Source of the DNA: Iphione sp. A-MEVVRFRX5
Taxonomy: Eukaryota
Reading direction: 5' to 3'
Length of the DNA stretch: 64,000 nt
Assembly (NCBI GenBank): GCA_976226885.1
Contig: OZ320315.1
Coordinates: 35,774,001 to 35,838,000, forward strand
Shown here: positions 35,516 to 47,900 of the stretch, piece by piece
How positions within the stretch are numbered: position 1 is the stretch's first letter
How the letters are laid out: each line of letters begins with the position of its first letter
Notes under the pieces: generated by a model
Seen by the model: the letters and a program-made list of their open reading frames with translations, nothing else
Told to the model about the DNA's origin: nothing
Database searches by the model: none
Made by a program: the position numbers and the translations under genes

Positions 35516-35544
35516 ACTAGAGTGGTCGGTTAATATAAAATCGT

Positions 35545-37797
35545 TCATGTACATGATTGACAATGATCATAGACAGACTGCCATGCCTGCACCAAGGACC
35601 GCTTGGACTGATGTACTTTATAATAGAGACGCATGGTATAAGCCATGTTACAAACTTCTCTTACCCAGGCTTGGAAAGGGATGGACCCCTGATGATACCT
35701 TTTTCGTTTATAAATGAAGAATTTATTAAAAATGAGAAGATAATTGAGTAACTTGGCATATGGCATAGGGGTTACAACGCCAAACAATATTTCAGTGTCT
35801 GTCAGAGAGGAGATGTTAATGCTAAAACATTGATCCCACCACCTATAAAATGCTATCCAAAAGACCTCTGTATCTGAGCAATGAATAAGATGGTGGGGGA
35901 TATCATCCACCTCCTCTGTACAGTATGAACACGCTCGTGAGGAAGAAATATGGCATTGATAAAGATAGTGATTACAAGTGAAGGTCTTATGTAAGAGGCG
36001 ATACTGAAAACTCTGCAATTTCGTGTCCGGTGTCACAGTAAAGGGTAATTGATAATATATATCCCAACTGAATTCCTGAGTTATCAATGTGGGGTGGTCT
36101 ACTGACCAGCGGTGAATGTTGGGGGTTGAATGAGCATCTGCCTCTAAAACCGTCCAATATATCTGTTGCAATGACCCTCGTGAGACATTCACGACAGAAT
36201 TTAGACCTTCAATATATAAGTCAGAGTGGTCGGAGGAGATGTCAATATCCTCGTATACATTTTTATAATGACTAGCCAACCCCTTTGCACAAGCTTCATA
36301 TATCCAGGGTGGAAACTGGTAACCATGTAGTTTAAACAGCACTGATGGAGACAATAGAACCCCTTTGTTATCAAGGAGCTGTCCGACATACCGTATGCCT
36401 CGGGGAGCTAAGTTTTGACGAACTTGAGTGTAATCTTTGAATGGGATAAAGTCATTATCCCACAAAGGATCAGCACGTACTGATGTGATTTTCGTGGGAA
36501 CTTGTACATAATATGTTAGCCAAATATCACATAAGTCCTTATAAAAGGGAGAAGCTGGCCACAGCAATTTGTTTCTAGCTTTGGATTTGAAAAAGTGATG
36601 GAGATCCGCTGTGTATAACGCCTCTTGAGCAAAAATTTGCCAGTAATTGTGCACCTCGTTGGCCAATTGGCCAATTAACTTAATTCGACCGGCTAAATAT
36701 TTATGCTTTAGAGAGACAAGCTTCAAACCACCTTCCTTAATATTGTTCATTAAAGTCCTCCTAGCAATAACAGCTCGCTTGGGCCATAAAAATTTTCCAA
36801 CCATTTTGTCATACTCTATGAACACTCTTTTAGGTATGGGCACTTGGGAGATTACATACTGCATACACGGATACACTAGAGTATTTAGCACAACAATCTT
36901 GCCTTTAAGAGACAGCGAGTGTGATGCCCAGCTGTTACAGATGGCTTGACATTTACGTAGACCTGGTAAACAATTGAGCTGATATTCATTGCTATTCAAA
37001 TGTGTGTCATATTGGATACCTAGAATTTTAATAACAGAATTCCATGAAATAGTCGAGCGACATGCATCTGTATCGAACCTGCCCAGAGGTAAGGCACAAG
37101 ATTTCTGTTGGTTAAGAGTTACACCGGAGCACGCAGCAAAAGCCCTAAGGCAATGTAGGCTATTAATGAGATCCTGGGGACAGGAGCAGAATAGCGTTAG
37201 ATCATCCGCATATTGGACTGACTTGAATACTGAGTCCATGACAGTAATACCCTGAAAGTTAGTATCTAGGCGTAACCAAGTGCCCAGGATCTCTACAACC
37301 AGGTTGAACAGGAGAGGCGACAGAGGGCATCCTTGTTTAACCCCCCTCTGTAGTGGAAAATATTCACTGGTAAAACCGTTGTTGCGAACACAGGCGGAAG
37401 CATTGGTATATAGTAATCGGACTAGTTGACAAAAGGCCGGAGGAAAATTGAAACATTTTAAGGCATACATCAAAAAAGGCCATTCTACAGAGTCGAAAGC
37501 TTTGTGGAAATCGACCGCGACGATCGCTGCTGGGATATCATGGGATAATACATACCACCGTAGATCCCCAATAATCCTATGGGTATCCGCGATATTACGT
37601 CTTTGCATGAAACCTGTTTGAGAATCATGAATTAACTCTGGCATAACTAAGCGTAAACGATGGGCTAATACAGTAGAGAAAATCTTAATATCGACATTAA
37701 TCAATGAGATCGGACGCCAATTTTCGGTGTAAAGTAGGTCTTTGCCCTTTTTGGGGAGAAGAGTAATCATGGATTTATTTTGACTTGCTAAAAATTC
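35545..37797 (-). CDS. LINE ORF2 fragment: reverse transcriptase plus C-terminal CCHC zinc knuckle
   Basis: NWRPISLINVDIKI, AVDFHKAFDSVEW, GVKQGCPLSPLLF, QYADD, CSYCTEEVDDIPHHLIHC. The endonuclease domain is absent because of the truncation. Confidence 0.92.
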   Translation of the reverse strand, partial: EFLASQNKSMITLLPKKGKDLLYTENWRPISLINVDIKIFSTVLAHRLRLVMPELIHDSQTGFMQRRNIADTHRIIGDLRWYVLSHDIPAAIVAVDFHKAFDSVEWPFLMYALKCFNFPPAFCQLVRLLYTNASACVRNNGFTSEYFPLQRGVKQGCPLSPLLFNLVVEILGTWLRLDTNFQGITVMDSVFKSVQYADDLTLFCSCPQDLINSLHCLRAFAACSGVTLNQQKSCALPLGRFDTDACRSTISWNSVIKILGIQYDTHLNSNEYQLNCLPGLRKCQAICNSWASHSLSLKGKIVVLNTLVYPCMQYVISQVPIPKRVFIEYDKMVGKFLWPKRAVIARRTLMNNIKEGGLKLVSLKHKYLAGRIKLIGQLANEVHNYWQIFAQEALYTADLHHFFKSKARNKLLWPASPFYKDLCDIWLTYYVQVPTKITSVRADPLWDNDFIPFKDYTQVRQNLAPRGIRYVGQLLDNKGVLLSPSVLFKLHGYQFPPWIYEACAKGLASHYKNVYEDIDISSDHSDLYIEGLNSVVNVSRGSLQQIYWTVLEADAHSTPNIHRWSVDHPTLITQEFSWDIYYQLPFTVTPDTKLQSFQYRLLHKTFTCNHYLYQCHISSSRACSYCTEEVDDIPHHLIHCSDTEVFWIAFYRWWDQCFSINISSLTDTEILFGVVTPMPYAKLLNYLLIFNKFFIYKRKRYHQGSIPFQAWVREVCNMAYTMRLYYKVHQSKRSLVQAWQSVYDHCQSCT

Positions 37798-37805
37798 TAC
37801 ACCAA

Positions 37806-37834
37806 CACGTGCACGTGCTTCGGCAACCGGAAGT
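37806..37834. promoter_or_regulatory. Candidate PWP1/cornichon bidirectional promoter core
   Basis: Two adjacent E-boxes CACGTGCACGTG (37806-37817) and ETS site CCGGAAGT (37827-37834). Without the LINE, the two ATGs are ~340 bp apart. Confidence 0.5.
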
Positions 37835-38035
37835 ATTGGTAGTGTCGCAATATGCATTTTTTTAAACAACTGTCCATCCAGCGATTTAGTAAAAAAAATT
37901 GTTTAATCAGAGAGTAAGTTTATATGAACATCTGAGTGTAAAAGATCACATAATGTGGCACTTTTGCGCCGTAGACAGAAAAGTCTACGATGTGACACCG
38001 AAATAGTCTGCACATGCGCGTAAAGACCGGCAAAC

Positions 38036-41000
38036 ATGGCGTTTACATTTGCAGCTTTCTGCTATATACTGGCCCTGATTTTGTCGGCCTTCCTAATATT
38101 TTTCGTCATTTACCATGTAAGTAGTTGCGTGAGATGTTAAGAGAGATCCATTGGGGTCAAACTGATTTCATAAAATTTATCAGATCTAAACTTAACAATA
38201 TTTGCATCAACTTCGCATTCCCAACGGATGAATCATTGACACTGTCACTGACAATCAATGAGTGAATACGGCAATATATACCGGGTAGTCACAACCACAC
38301 CCATCAAGTTTATTCTCTGCCGATGCGTCGATTTCCCTTTTGTTATTATTAGTTTATTCTGGTTTTCACCGTGAATCACATACATGTGCATTGTATATAA
38401 TGTATATTTCATTTTTTCAGATTATCGCCTTTGATGAATTGAAAACAGATTACAAAAATCCTATAGACCAATGTAATAGCTTGAATCCGGTGAGTTGCAA
38501 TACAGGTGTAAACTGTTGTTTCCCCTTAGCATTATGCTACTTTAGCATTTACTATTGCCGTAATCAGCTCCCCCTCCTGTTATCAGATAAGACCCTCATA
38601 ACACAATACACTATGCACTGAGTTTGTAAACAACCACATCTGCTATGTTTTAGCAGTGAAGGCATGATTATCTTGTTGCCTTGTTATAATGTGAATATGT
38701 CCATCTAAAAACTCACAGTCCCTATTTTCAATGTAACGAATTCCTCTTGGAAAATTAAGTTTAATGGTAGCATTGTACTCCCCTTGCCTTATGCTCAACC
38801 ACTGATCGCAGCTCCACCTATGCAAAAAGTATGGCTTCCTGAACGTTTGAGTGTTCCACTAATGTGTTTTGTATCAGCATTATGGCGTTAATGATGGATG
38901 CTCCACATGTGCATCGACCATACCAAGAGTCTGGTCGTAAACTATCCGCTCTGCATATATCAGCTGTCTCAGTCCTGTCCACAAAGTTCAGGTGGATGGT
39001 TGAACAGTCAAACAAGGGTCATGCGATACCATTCTGCCCCCCCCCCCGTCCTTTAGACGAGGATACGCAGTAAAAGGATTTGTCTCAACTTATAACAAAG
39101 TGATATGCTCTTCTTTAGTTGCAAAAAACAAAACGCTACGTGTGAGAGAGAAAGATAGACAGACAAACCGACCAGAGGTGTTCTGTAGTATATATACATG
39201 TAGTTACATCCATTATCTTAATGCCTAGGGTGAAAAAGTCAGAACAGCGCAGCGTCCAATTCAAAAACTTGTAAGGGCTGCAGCTGTTTGTAGCATGATG
39301 GTGGGCTTCATCAGTCGTGTCAGAGAGTTTACTCCTCCTTGCACCATGGATAGTAACAGTCTCTGCGTATTTTGTTAGTTTAAGTTATCAATGGAGGTCA
39401 TATCCTCTATGGTCGGTATTTGTTAGAGGATAGTATGACCTCCATTAATAGAGCCAGGAAAAAAGTTGTGTTGTGGGATGGGCCTATTCTTTGAAGTCTT
39501 AGCCGGCCTGCACCCTCTTAGATCACTGAGGAGATCAAGTCTTCCAATGTGATGTGAAGATATCTCTATGAGAGTTGCAATGGTGAAGGGGGAGGAGTCT
39601 CCACCCGGACGCAGTGTTAGGCTGGAGGGAAGAAGGGAGGAGTGATTGACAAGTGTCCTTAGTCAGGGCCCTCAGTTGAGTGGCAGCTCCTCGCAGCACG
39701 GGGGGAAGGTGGGAGCTCACCTTAGCTGCGAGCAGTCCTTCCCCCTCCTCTAATAACTCCCCCCCCCTCTCTCTGCGAGCCAGTCCTTCCCCCACCTCTG
39801 AGGACACCCCCCCCCCCCCCCATGGCCGCCACAGGCATCCTGAGGCGACATCGTTGATAGAAGAGCGCGGACATCTGGGGACTTCACGTGCAGTCAGGCG
39901 GAACCACTAAAAACAAAGGTGTGAAGTAGCACTGACACATAGAGGGAGGGGAGGGAGNNNNNNNNNNNNNNNNNNNNNNNNNNNNNNNNNNNNNNNNNNN
40001 NNNNNNNNNNNNNNNNNNNNNNNNNNNNNNNNNNNNNNNNNNNNNNNNNNNNNNNNNNNNNNNNNNNNNNNNNNNNNNNNNNNNNNNNNNNNNNNCACAT
40101 AGCATCTATATGTATGCACAATGTTATACATATCTCCAAGCATTCCCATACATACCTACAAATACATGCATGCACACATGGACACACCCACACACTGATA
40201 TATACACACCTACATACTGAAACCTCTACATGTCCACACTGGTACACACACACAGACAACTACACCTATACATAAATATACAGCACGGTTATGGATGATT
40301 GCTTTTGGCAATTAGGAGCTTTGTCTTGGCATGGTTCGAACCCAGGTCGTCAGAATGAGGATGTCCATAGTCACCACCCCTGTCCACTGCTCCACAGAGA
40401 CTCACACTAGAAATCAGTAGAGGTGTCTGTTACTTGAGAGGGAGAGGGAGAGAGAGTGGTGAGAGAGAGAGAGAGAGGCAGAGATAGGGAGAGGGAGAGA
40501 GAGGGAAATGGAGAGAGAGGGGTAGATGGAGAAGACAGAGGGAGAGCAAAAGGGAGAGGGAGGAATAGAGAGAGAGGGAGAGAGGAGAAGAGATAGAGAG
40601 AAAAGGAGAGAGGGGAGAAAGAGGAAGAGAGAAGGGGACAGAGAGAGGGAGGGAGAGAGGGGAGAAGGAGAGAGAGGGAGAGCAGAAAGGGAGAGAGGGA
40701 GAGAAAGAGAAAGGGAGAGAGGGAGAGGGAGGGACAGGAAGAGAGAAAGGGAGAGAGAGGGTGAGAGGGAGAGAGAAGGACAGGAAGAGAGAAAGGGAGA
40801 GAGGGGACAGGAAGAGAGAAAGGGAGAAAGGGGACAGGAAGAGAGAAAGAAAAAGAGAGGGAGAGGAAGAGAGAAAGGGAGAGGTGGGAGAGGAAGAGAG
40901 AGGGAGAGAAAGAGAGAGGAAGAGGAAGAGAAAAAGGGAGAGATAGGGGAGAGAGGCAGAGACAGGGAGAGAGGGGAGAGGAAGAGAGGGATAAGAGAGA

Positions 41001-43939
41001 AAGAGGGAGAAAGAGAAAAAGGGAGAGACAGAGGAAGAGGGGGAGGCAGAGGAGAGAGGGAGAGAGGAAGGGGAGAGACAGAGAGAGGGGCCGTGCTTTA
41101 AGTGAGATACATAATCTTGTGCATGAGAGAGAGTAAGAGAGAGAGAGAAAGAGAGAGAAAGAGGCCGTGCTTTAAGTGAGATACAGAACTTGTGTGTGGC
41201 TGTATGCAATAGATTGCCATGGTTTAGATTGGACACACTCGACTGCGTCTCGTGCGTCCAATCCAAACCATGCCAATATATCGCATACAGCCACACACTC
41301 GTTCTATATCTATCACATATGTACAACCATACACACCCTTATACACATACTCCTATACACTCACTTTCATACACATATCTATACAAACCTTTATACATAT
41401 ATACATTTTATATATATTCAAACACTGAGACATACAACTACACAAATCTGTACACATATCTACTCATGCATACATATATATCTACACCATTACACTTATT
41501 CATACACTTTCACATATTTATGCCTGAATATGCCTGTACACACAGACACTCAGATTCATACAGACAATGGCACACTTCCCTATGTGAATACACACTGACA
41601 TCTCTACATGCACACACTGACTTGTATATGTATTCAAACAACTACACACTCACACATAGGCACATATATAAATTCATACAAACTCCAAGATGCATACACC
41701 AATACACATCTATACACACATCTACACACAACTACACACATATCTACACACCACACAAAGTTGCATACACCAGTACACATCCATACACACATCTGTGCAC
41801 ACAAACATACATATATCTATACACTACACAAAGGTGCATACACTAGTACACATCTATACACATCTATACACACAACTACACACATATCTATACATCACAC
41901 AAAGGTGCATCCACCAATACACATCCATACACACATCTATACACACAAACATACATATATCTATACACCACACAAAAGTGCATACACCAATACACATCCA
42001 TACACACATCTATACACACAAACATACATATATCTATACACCACACAAAGGTACATACACCAATACACATCCATACACACATCTGTACACACAACTACAC
42101 ACATATCAAAGACATGTACACCTATAGACATCCATAGACACATCTATTACACAGAACTATACACATATCTATAGAGAGTTGACAGAGCCTACAGCGGTTG
42201 TAGTCAGTGGTTCCGCTTGACTGCACAGGGCTGTGACGTAGCTCCGCGCTCTTCTATAGCAGTCCTCCCCCACCTCTCAGGACCCCCCCCCCCCCACGGA
42301 GAATATGACCTCCATATGCAGCGTTCGCTGCAGGTATCTTGTATAGATTTGTACCTTTGAAAGAATGTTGCAAATTTGCAGTTATGACTGGAGTATATCA
42401 GCGGACGCTCAGTTAAAATGGTTTATGCCATAGCCTAGTGACTTTTTTAATGTTTATCATCTGGTCACCATCTGTAGGACCTTTTCTGTCTGGATAAGTC
42501 AGTTTGGCAGACCAGACTGTAATGATGATATGTGCAGTAGCTCTCTTGACAGGCCAGTTAGGTTTAGGGCAGTACAGTAGAACCTTGGTGTTGGGCCTCC
42601 CCAGAATGAGGGCCACCTCTTTAATGGGGCACATTTTGCTGGTACCAAGCGTTTTCCATAGTTTATGTATCTTAGAACCTGGGACACCCTGTGAATCGGA
42701 GCATTAACTACGAGCCAAACTAAGTGAAGTCTTGCTCTATTTACAAAACGAGGGTTCCCTATGACAAGGAAGTCATCCTACCCACAGCAGGACAAATTTA
42801 TTTGTACATTATTGCGGAAAACTGTACATCAACTGTCATGTTGCATTTTTTTACTCAGTTACATCTACATCATGTTGCATTTTTTTTTATTCAGTTACTG
42901 TCTTATCCACATGAAAGTTGAAATTTTGTTTTTACTATCAGAGACGGGAGGCCTGGCCACTTTCTCAATATGTAAAATGTTAAAAGAAAAACTGTTCTGA
43001 AGTAACCACAATTTGCCTATTTTTCGATTCAAAAGAATTATTGAAGAGAAACACGGTGAACGTAATTGCTTTATTTGTTCTTGCTTCTTTTTTTCAGCTG
43101 GTGTTGCCAGAATATGGCATACATATGTTCTACAATATCTTGTTCTTATTCGCTGGTCAGTGGGGTACCCTGATTCTCAACATGCCACTTATTGGTTACC
43201 ACATCCATAGGTAAGTTGTGTTTAAGTCGCTATGTCAATTTGGTATTATAGTTGAGATCTTAAAAAGAATTTCCAAATAGTTATATGGTTATATTAATGT
43301 TTTGCTTATAACTATATCCCCTGATGTATCATGCACTGTGTTGAAGAGGAGAAATGCTCATATCACGATCAAATTTCCCTGTGCCCCCACATCCTTCGGT
43401 TTCAAAATACATTTTATTAAACATCTTTGACGGAGGCTATAATTGGGTCCCACACTGTATGCCCCTCGATGATACAGTTGTCTCCCTTGAATTGTCTCAC
43501 TAGATACATGCATCGGCCGGTGATGAGTGGTGCTGGCCTGTACGATCCTACGACGATAATGAACGCCGACCAACTCAGCCGGGCACAAAAGGAGGGCTGG
43601 GTCAAGTTAGCCTTCTACCTCCTGTCCTTCTTCTACTATTTGTACAGGTATGTCACCTAACTTGCACTGTTCTGAATGACTTGTGATTATAAATGAAAAA
43701 ACGTAGTACCTTCTGCTAACGGTAGATTCCTCTCATAGTCCGACTATTTTGAAAGTAAACTCATTTTCACGAACTATGCGAGAATCTGGTTTATAATCAC
43801 ATTTAAATTTGCCTCTCTTTCCTTCGAATCAAGACTGAAATTTGAAAAACGCCCATCACCTGCTAGTTCGCCCAATCATTTTTGTCTCCGACTTGTCTTT
43901 CCACACAGCATGATCTACGTCTTGGTTTCGTCGGCTTAA
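38036..43939 (+). CDS. CNIH1: Protein cornichon homologue (CNIH1-like), 145 aa
   Basis: Exons 38036-38116, 38421-38489, 43098-43210, 43504-43647, 43909-43939. [71 protein letters not shown] at 44619. Confidence 0.96.
39958..40095. other. Assembly gap
   Basis: Run of N. Confidence 1.
40315..40393 (-). mobile_element. Possible tRNA-derived SINE head
   Basis: Minus strand has an A-box-like AGTGGACAGGGGTGG, B-box GGTTCGAACC and pairing GGAGC/GCTCC ends. The cloverleaf is degenerate. Confidence 0.35.
40436..41162. repeat. GA-rich low-complexity tract in cornichon intron 2
   Basis: Almost purine-only sequence with short gagagaaagg/gaggggacag subrepeats. Confidence 0.95.
41300..42172. repeat. CA/TA-rich low-complexity tract with ~60-bp subrepeats
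   Basis: Repeated catacaccaatacacatccatacacacatctatacacacaaac-like units. Confidence 0.9.
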
Positions 43940-45902
43940 GTTCTAGTCTCCATTTGTGAAAGGAAATCACTGCCCAGATCAAAAACGAGCGTCTCGCACT
44001 GTTAAGACAGTCATCATTGATTAACACCATCCAGGACTAGCCAGGAACGTCGAGGATGACCTGTACTTATCACACCTGATGGTATCTTAAGTAAACAAAT
44101 ACTATGTAACATACTTATTACAAGCAGAATCAATGAATGGGATGTGAAGTGTTGATCAACAGGTATGACCGTTGCCATTTCTTGAATTGGGCAGGGAAAT
44201 GTGTATTGATTATATGACATTTTTTTTTTTTTTTAAGCCGCGTTGTACTAATAGAGAACCCTTTGAGGTTACTTTTTCGTCATCCAGAAAGTAATGCCAT
44301 ATTGGAAATGCTAATCCTTATTCGGCGTTGGAACAAAAAGGCCAATCATGAAACAAACTTGCTTGTTTTGACTAGGTCGACGTTAGCAGGTTTCACTCTG
44401 TAAATGTCGTGAAGGGCTAGCTTCAACATAATTGCGTGGAAATGGTTTTCTTCAAGAACAGTGTACAAGAAGTGGCTAATATCGTACGCTTTTTCTACAG
44501 AATAATAAGAGAGTGTGTGATTGAAGCATGTTCAGTGTGAGGTTTGTTTATAGAATTTTATTCATTCTTGTGAATTCTATGAGATTTATCCACTCACGTT
44601 TATATAAGATACATTCAAAATAAAACCATCCTGATAAGCCGTGGCGTCAGTAGCATTGCCTTGAAGTTTGAACCAAGTGAGGTTTTTCTTCTACACAACA
44701 TGAAAGCTCTCCATAAACAGAAAACGTCAACTATATGAGTAATGCTTAGATGCTATGCTACTGGTAGCGTTACTTTAAAGTTTGAGCGGGGGGGGGGGAA
44801 TACGCTTTCTTTTTGTACAACATGAACGTGTGTAAACAATGGAAAAATCGAAATGTACGAGAAATGCTTTGATTTTGATATGCCCTGTGTAACAATAAGC
44901 AAGGATTTTCGCATTTCCTCACCTAAGTGTAGTAGAAGTAAGTGGTAAGGTTTAGTCCCACGAATAGTTGCCAGGAAACTCGCACCACAGCCAATTTGCT
45001 CCTACTGCCCAACTAGTATCATCACCAACTCATCCCTGTAGCAGCACTACCCCAAACATGATGGCTTACTCCCGTCACTCGATAGCTACAAATGGCCGCA
45101 AATGGGATATATTTAACTCACCTAGCCCCACATTGACCCCTACCCCCTCCCCTCTCAGTAATCTATAGCTGCCAAAAATTGGGGAAGCTGGTGAGGGTAC
45201 AAGTTTGTGAGGATACAAGCTGGTTATGGTGTGAATTTTTCTTTCTGAGTTGGTTATGACGGAATGCTTCCTGCCGCCCCCACTTAGTGAATTGATAAAT
45301 ATATGTACGTAATTCAGTCAATTCAGTACATGTATATATCCTGTTTTCTTTTTTTTTTTTGGACTGAATACGTGACGTACATCAGGTACTTTCCTTGTCG
45401 TCAGGTCGAAATGAAAATCATGCTGTTGCTTGTACATGTATTCAGCAGAAGGTTAGCTATTTGTGTCATAATTTAATATCTGCCTTAAGCCCCTCTCTCC
45501 TTTCCATTACCTGCCGTATACGTCAATTTGGACTTGTGTTTTGTTTTTCAGTATACGGTTGTGTTAAACCATGTTTGCCAAATAAACGTATACATACATA
45601 TTTATATCCTGTTTTTCGTTATATTTATTTGCTTATTTCCCTAAATGCATCAAAATACAGTGTTACTATGTCTGTTTTACTTTGTTATCGTAGTTATTAG
45701 TTTAATTTTTTTTTATATATATCCATCTATTGGTGACTACAAAACCCCAAAACATGGTACTGCCATACACGTGCCTGATGCGATAATCTTTTCAAATATA
45801 TTCCACAATATGAGGGGATCTCCCACATTTTCAGTGGAGGTCATGCTGGTTATAGTGGTGCCAGGGCATGACTTCGATTTTCGTCCACCTCAGTTGTGAC
45901 GA

Positions 45903-46625
45903 TCTCCCGAAGCACTCTCCACCCTCCGGCATAGAAGGTGGCTGCCTCAGTCATAGCTCAGTCTCCCTATGCAGTCACCCCCCCCCCCCCGCTCCACTTG
46001 GTCAGTGGGTGCCTGCCTTGGTTGTGGCTTGGTCTCCCCAAACACTCTCCACCCCCTGGCTTAGAAGGTGGCTGCCTCAGTCATGGCTCAGTCTCCCCAA
46101 GCAGTCACCACCCCCCTTCCCCCCAGTTGGTCAGCAGGTGGCCTTTGGGCTGCTTTGGTTGTGGCTTGGTCTCCCCAAGCATGCTCCATCCCCCGACTTA
46201 GAAGATGGCTGCCTCAGTCTCCCCAAGCATTCACCACCACCCCCTTACACACACACACTAAGGCAGTGTTCACATGCATCCATACTTATTCAAAATGGAT
46301 ACACACACATAAACGTTTTTCATCCAGCCTGTGGCAATGTAACTAAAGGGTCCACATGTACAGGTCTGTACAAAATGGACACAGACACGTAGACATTTTC
46401 CTGAACCCGTCTGTGACAGATTTTTTACAGATATGGACCCATATTCCATAGGCTGCAATGGTAGAAAGACATCTGGGATTACATATGAGAAGGCTTAAAT
46501 AAGCACAGCAGGAGGTAAACCCTGGGTACGGACCCGTAAACATTTTTTTTCTATGGATGCATGTGAACACGGCCTTTGTCAGCAGGTGGCCACTGGGCTG
46601 TCTTGGTCGCAGCTTGGTCTCCGTA
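45903..46625. repeat. Diverged ~130-bp tandem repeat, interrupted by a MITE
   Basis: agaaggtggctgcctcagtc and ggtcagcaggtggc recur three times. The third unit resumes after 46575. Confidence 0.75.
46262..46574. mobile_element. PIF/Harbinger-type MITE, 313 bp
   Basis: 21-bp TIRs GGCAGTGTTCACATGCATCCA / TGGATGCATGTGAACACGGCC (1 mismatch). TAA on the left and TTT on the right, so the TSD is imperfect. Confidence 0.7.
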
Positions 46626-47369
46626 ACCACTCCCCACCCCCCCCCCCCTTCGCTTAGTCAGTGGCCACAGTTAGATGATAGCATACTGAAATGATTGTTT
46701 AAAGAAGGAGAAAACTGTCTAACATGTCAGATGATGGGAAATATTTTCCAATTTGCTTAAAAATCTGGTTTGGTTGGAATTTGGAGAGAGAGAGAGAGCC
46801 GACCTCCACATGCGGTGTGCACTGCACTCATTCTTGTTAACTACATATACCCCAATATCCATGACACGACTAAAATGCCCATGTGCTTGCCCTATTCATC
46901 TATGCCTCTACTGGACATCACTCCCTAGTGGTATCTTAAAGAAATCGGACATCCGTGTGCCATCCGGGATGGGAAGCTTATATTCTGCTGCTAATAAAAC
47001 AACTGCCATCTATGAGTCTTCCATTTTAGCACATGCACATGGTGAATAAAGGGTAAGTATATCTAACCACTGATGCATAGCAGTGAGTAATTCACAGCCG
47101 ATCTTAGAGATTGCCCTTCTATAATTTCATTGACTTTTCAGCGAGCTGGAAACCACAGAAGACAGGTATTTAGACACTCCATGCACTCAAAAGCTGACAT
47201 TAAACTACACCAATGTATTTATTGTCAGTGTATGCAGCCGCAAAGCTTGTATTTGCAATTCACACCCATATAAGAGTTGAAGTTTAGGGAGGTTAAGGGG
47301 TTGGTCCCTTCACCAATGGCAGGGGCACTGCAGAAGGTAAGGTTTGTAGAGAAGATGACAAAGAGTAAT

Positions 47370-47900
47370 GATGGAAAGGCTGTGCTACGTAATCAACGCA
47401 AGGGCTAGTGCAAGTTCTGCAACACTGCCACTACCATGGACACCTGTTGATAAGCCTGATGCCATCATGTTAAAGACTGAGAAGCTGGAAAAGCTAGAGA
47501 AGGTGGTTATATTAGACACACTTGTGGTGCAAATGAGTAACCTTATAAAGTCACCGAAATTCTGTCAACAGACGATGGAAGAGTGGAAGAGGGAGAATGA
47601 TGAACTCTGAGAACAGACTCATAGTTGGAAGCACAGTACTAAATTTGAAAGGCTAATTGGACTACAATGTCCTGACTAACCTCCAATGGCAAAGTATGAG
47701 GGATATTTTCACTCAGTCCCAGAGGTAACTACAGGACTTTGAAAATAGAGAAAGTGTCCATCCAGAGAGAACTTTTGTTTTGAGGAGGATATCAAGCTGG
47801 CTAAACGGATTGGAAGGGAAGTGTCAGTAAAGATACAATCACAAGTTCAAACACTGCTAACAGAGGGAGAAAGTGAGAGCAACTGGACTAAAGCTTGTTG
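47370..47900 (+). pseudogene. Decayed LINE ORF1-like fragment
   Basis: Coiled-coil-like stretch followed, after frame disruption, by LTNLQWQSMRDIF, which resembles the RSMRDNL-type ORF1 motif. Contains stops. Confidence 0.35.

Larger units (their letters stand above)
34801..37797 (-). mobile_element. 5'-truncated L1/Tx1-clade LINE, 2,997 bp, with 16-bp TSD
   Basis: TACACCAACACGTGCA at 34785-34800 and 37798-37813. Uninterrupted RT frame and a ~740-bp 3' UTR with AATAAA at 34834-34829. Confidence 0.9.

Noticed and set aside
37798-37869. First ~24 codons of the 774-aa RT ORF
   Set aside because: They lie outside the TSD and are host promoter sequence that happens to be open.
40430-42174. Long ORFs (298, 218, 191, 188 aa) in cornichon intron 2
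   Set aside because: Products of GA- and CA-rich simple sequence.
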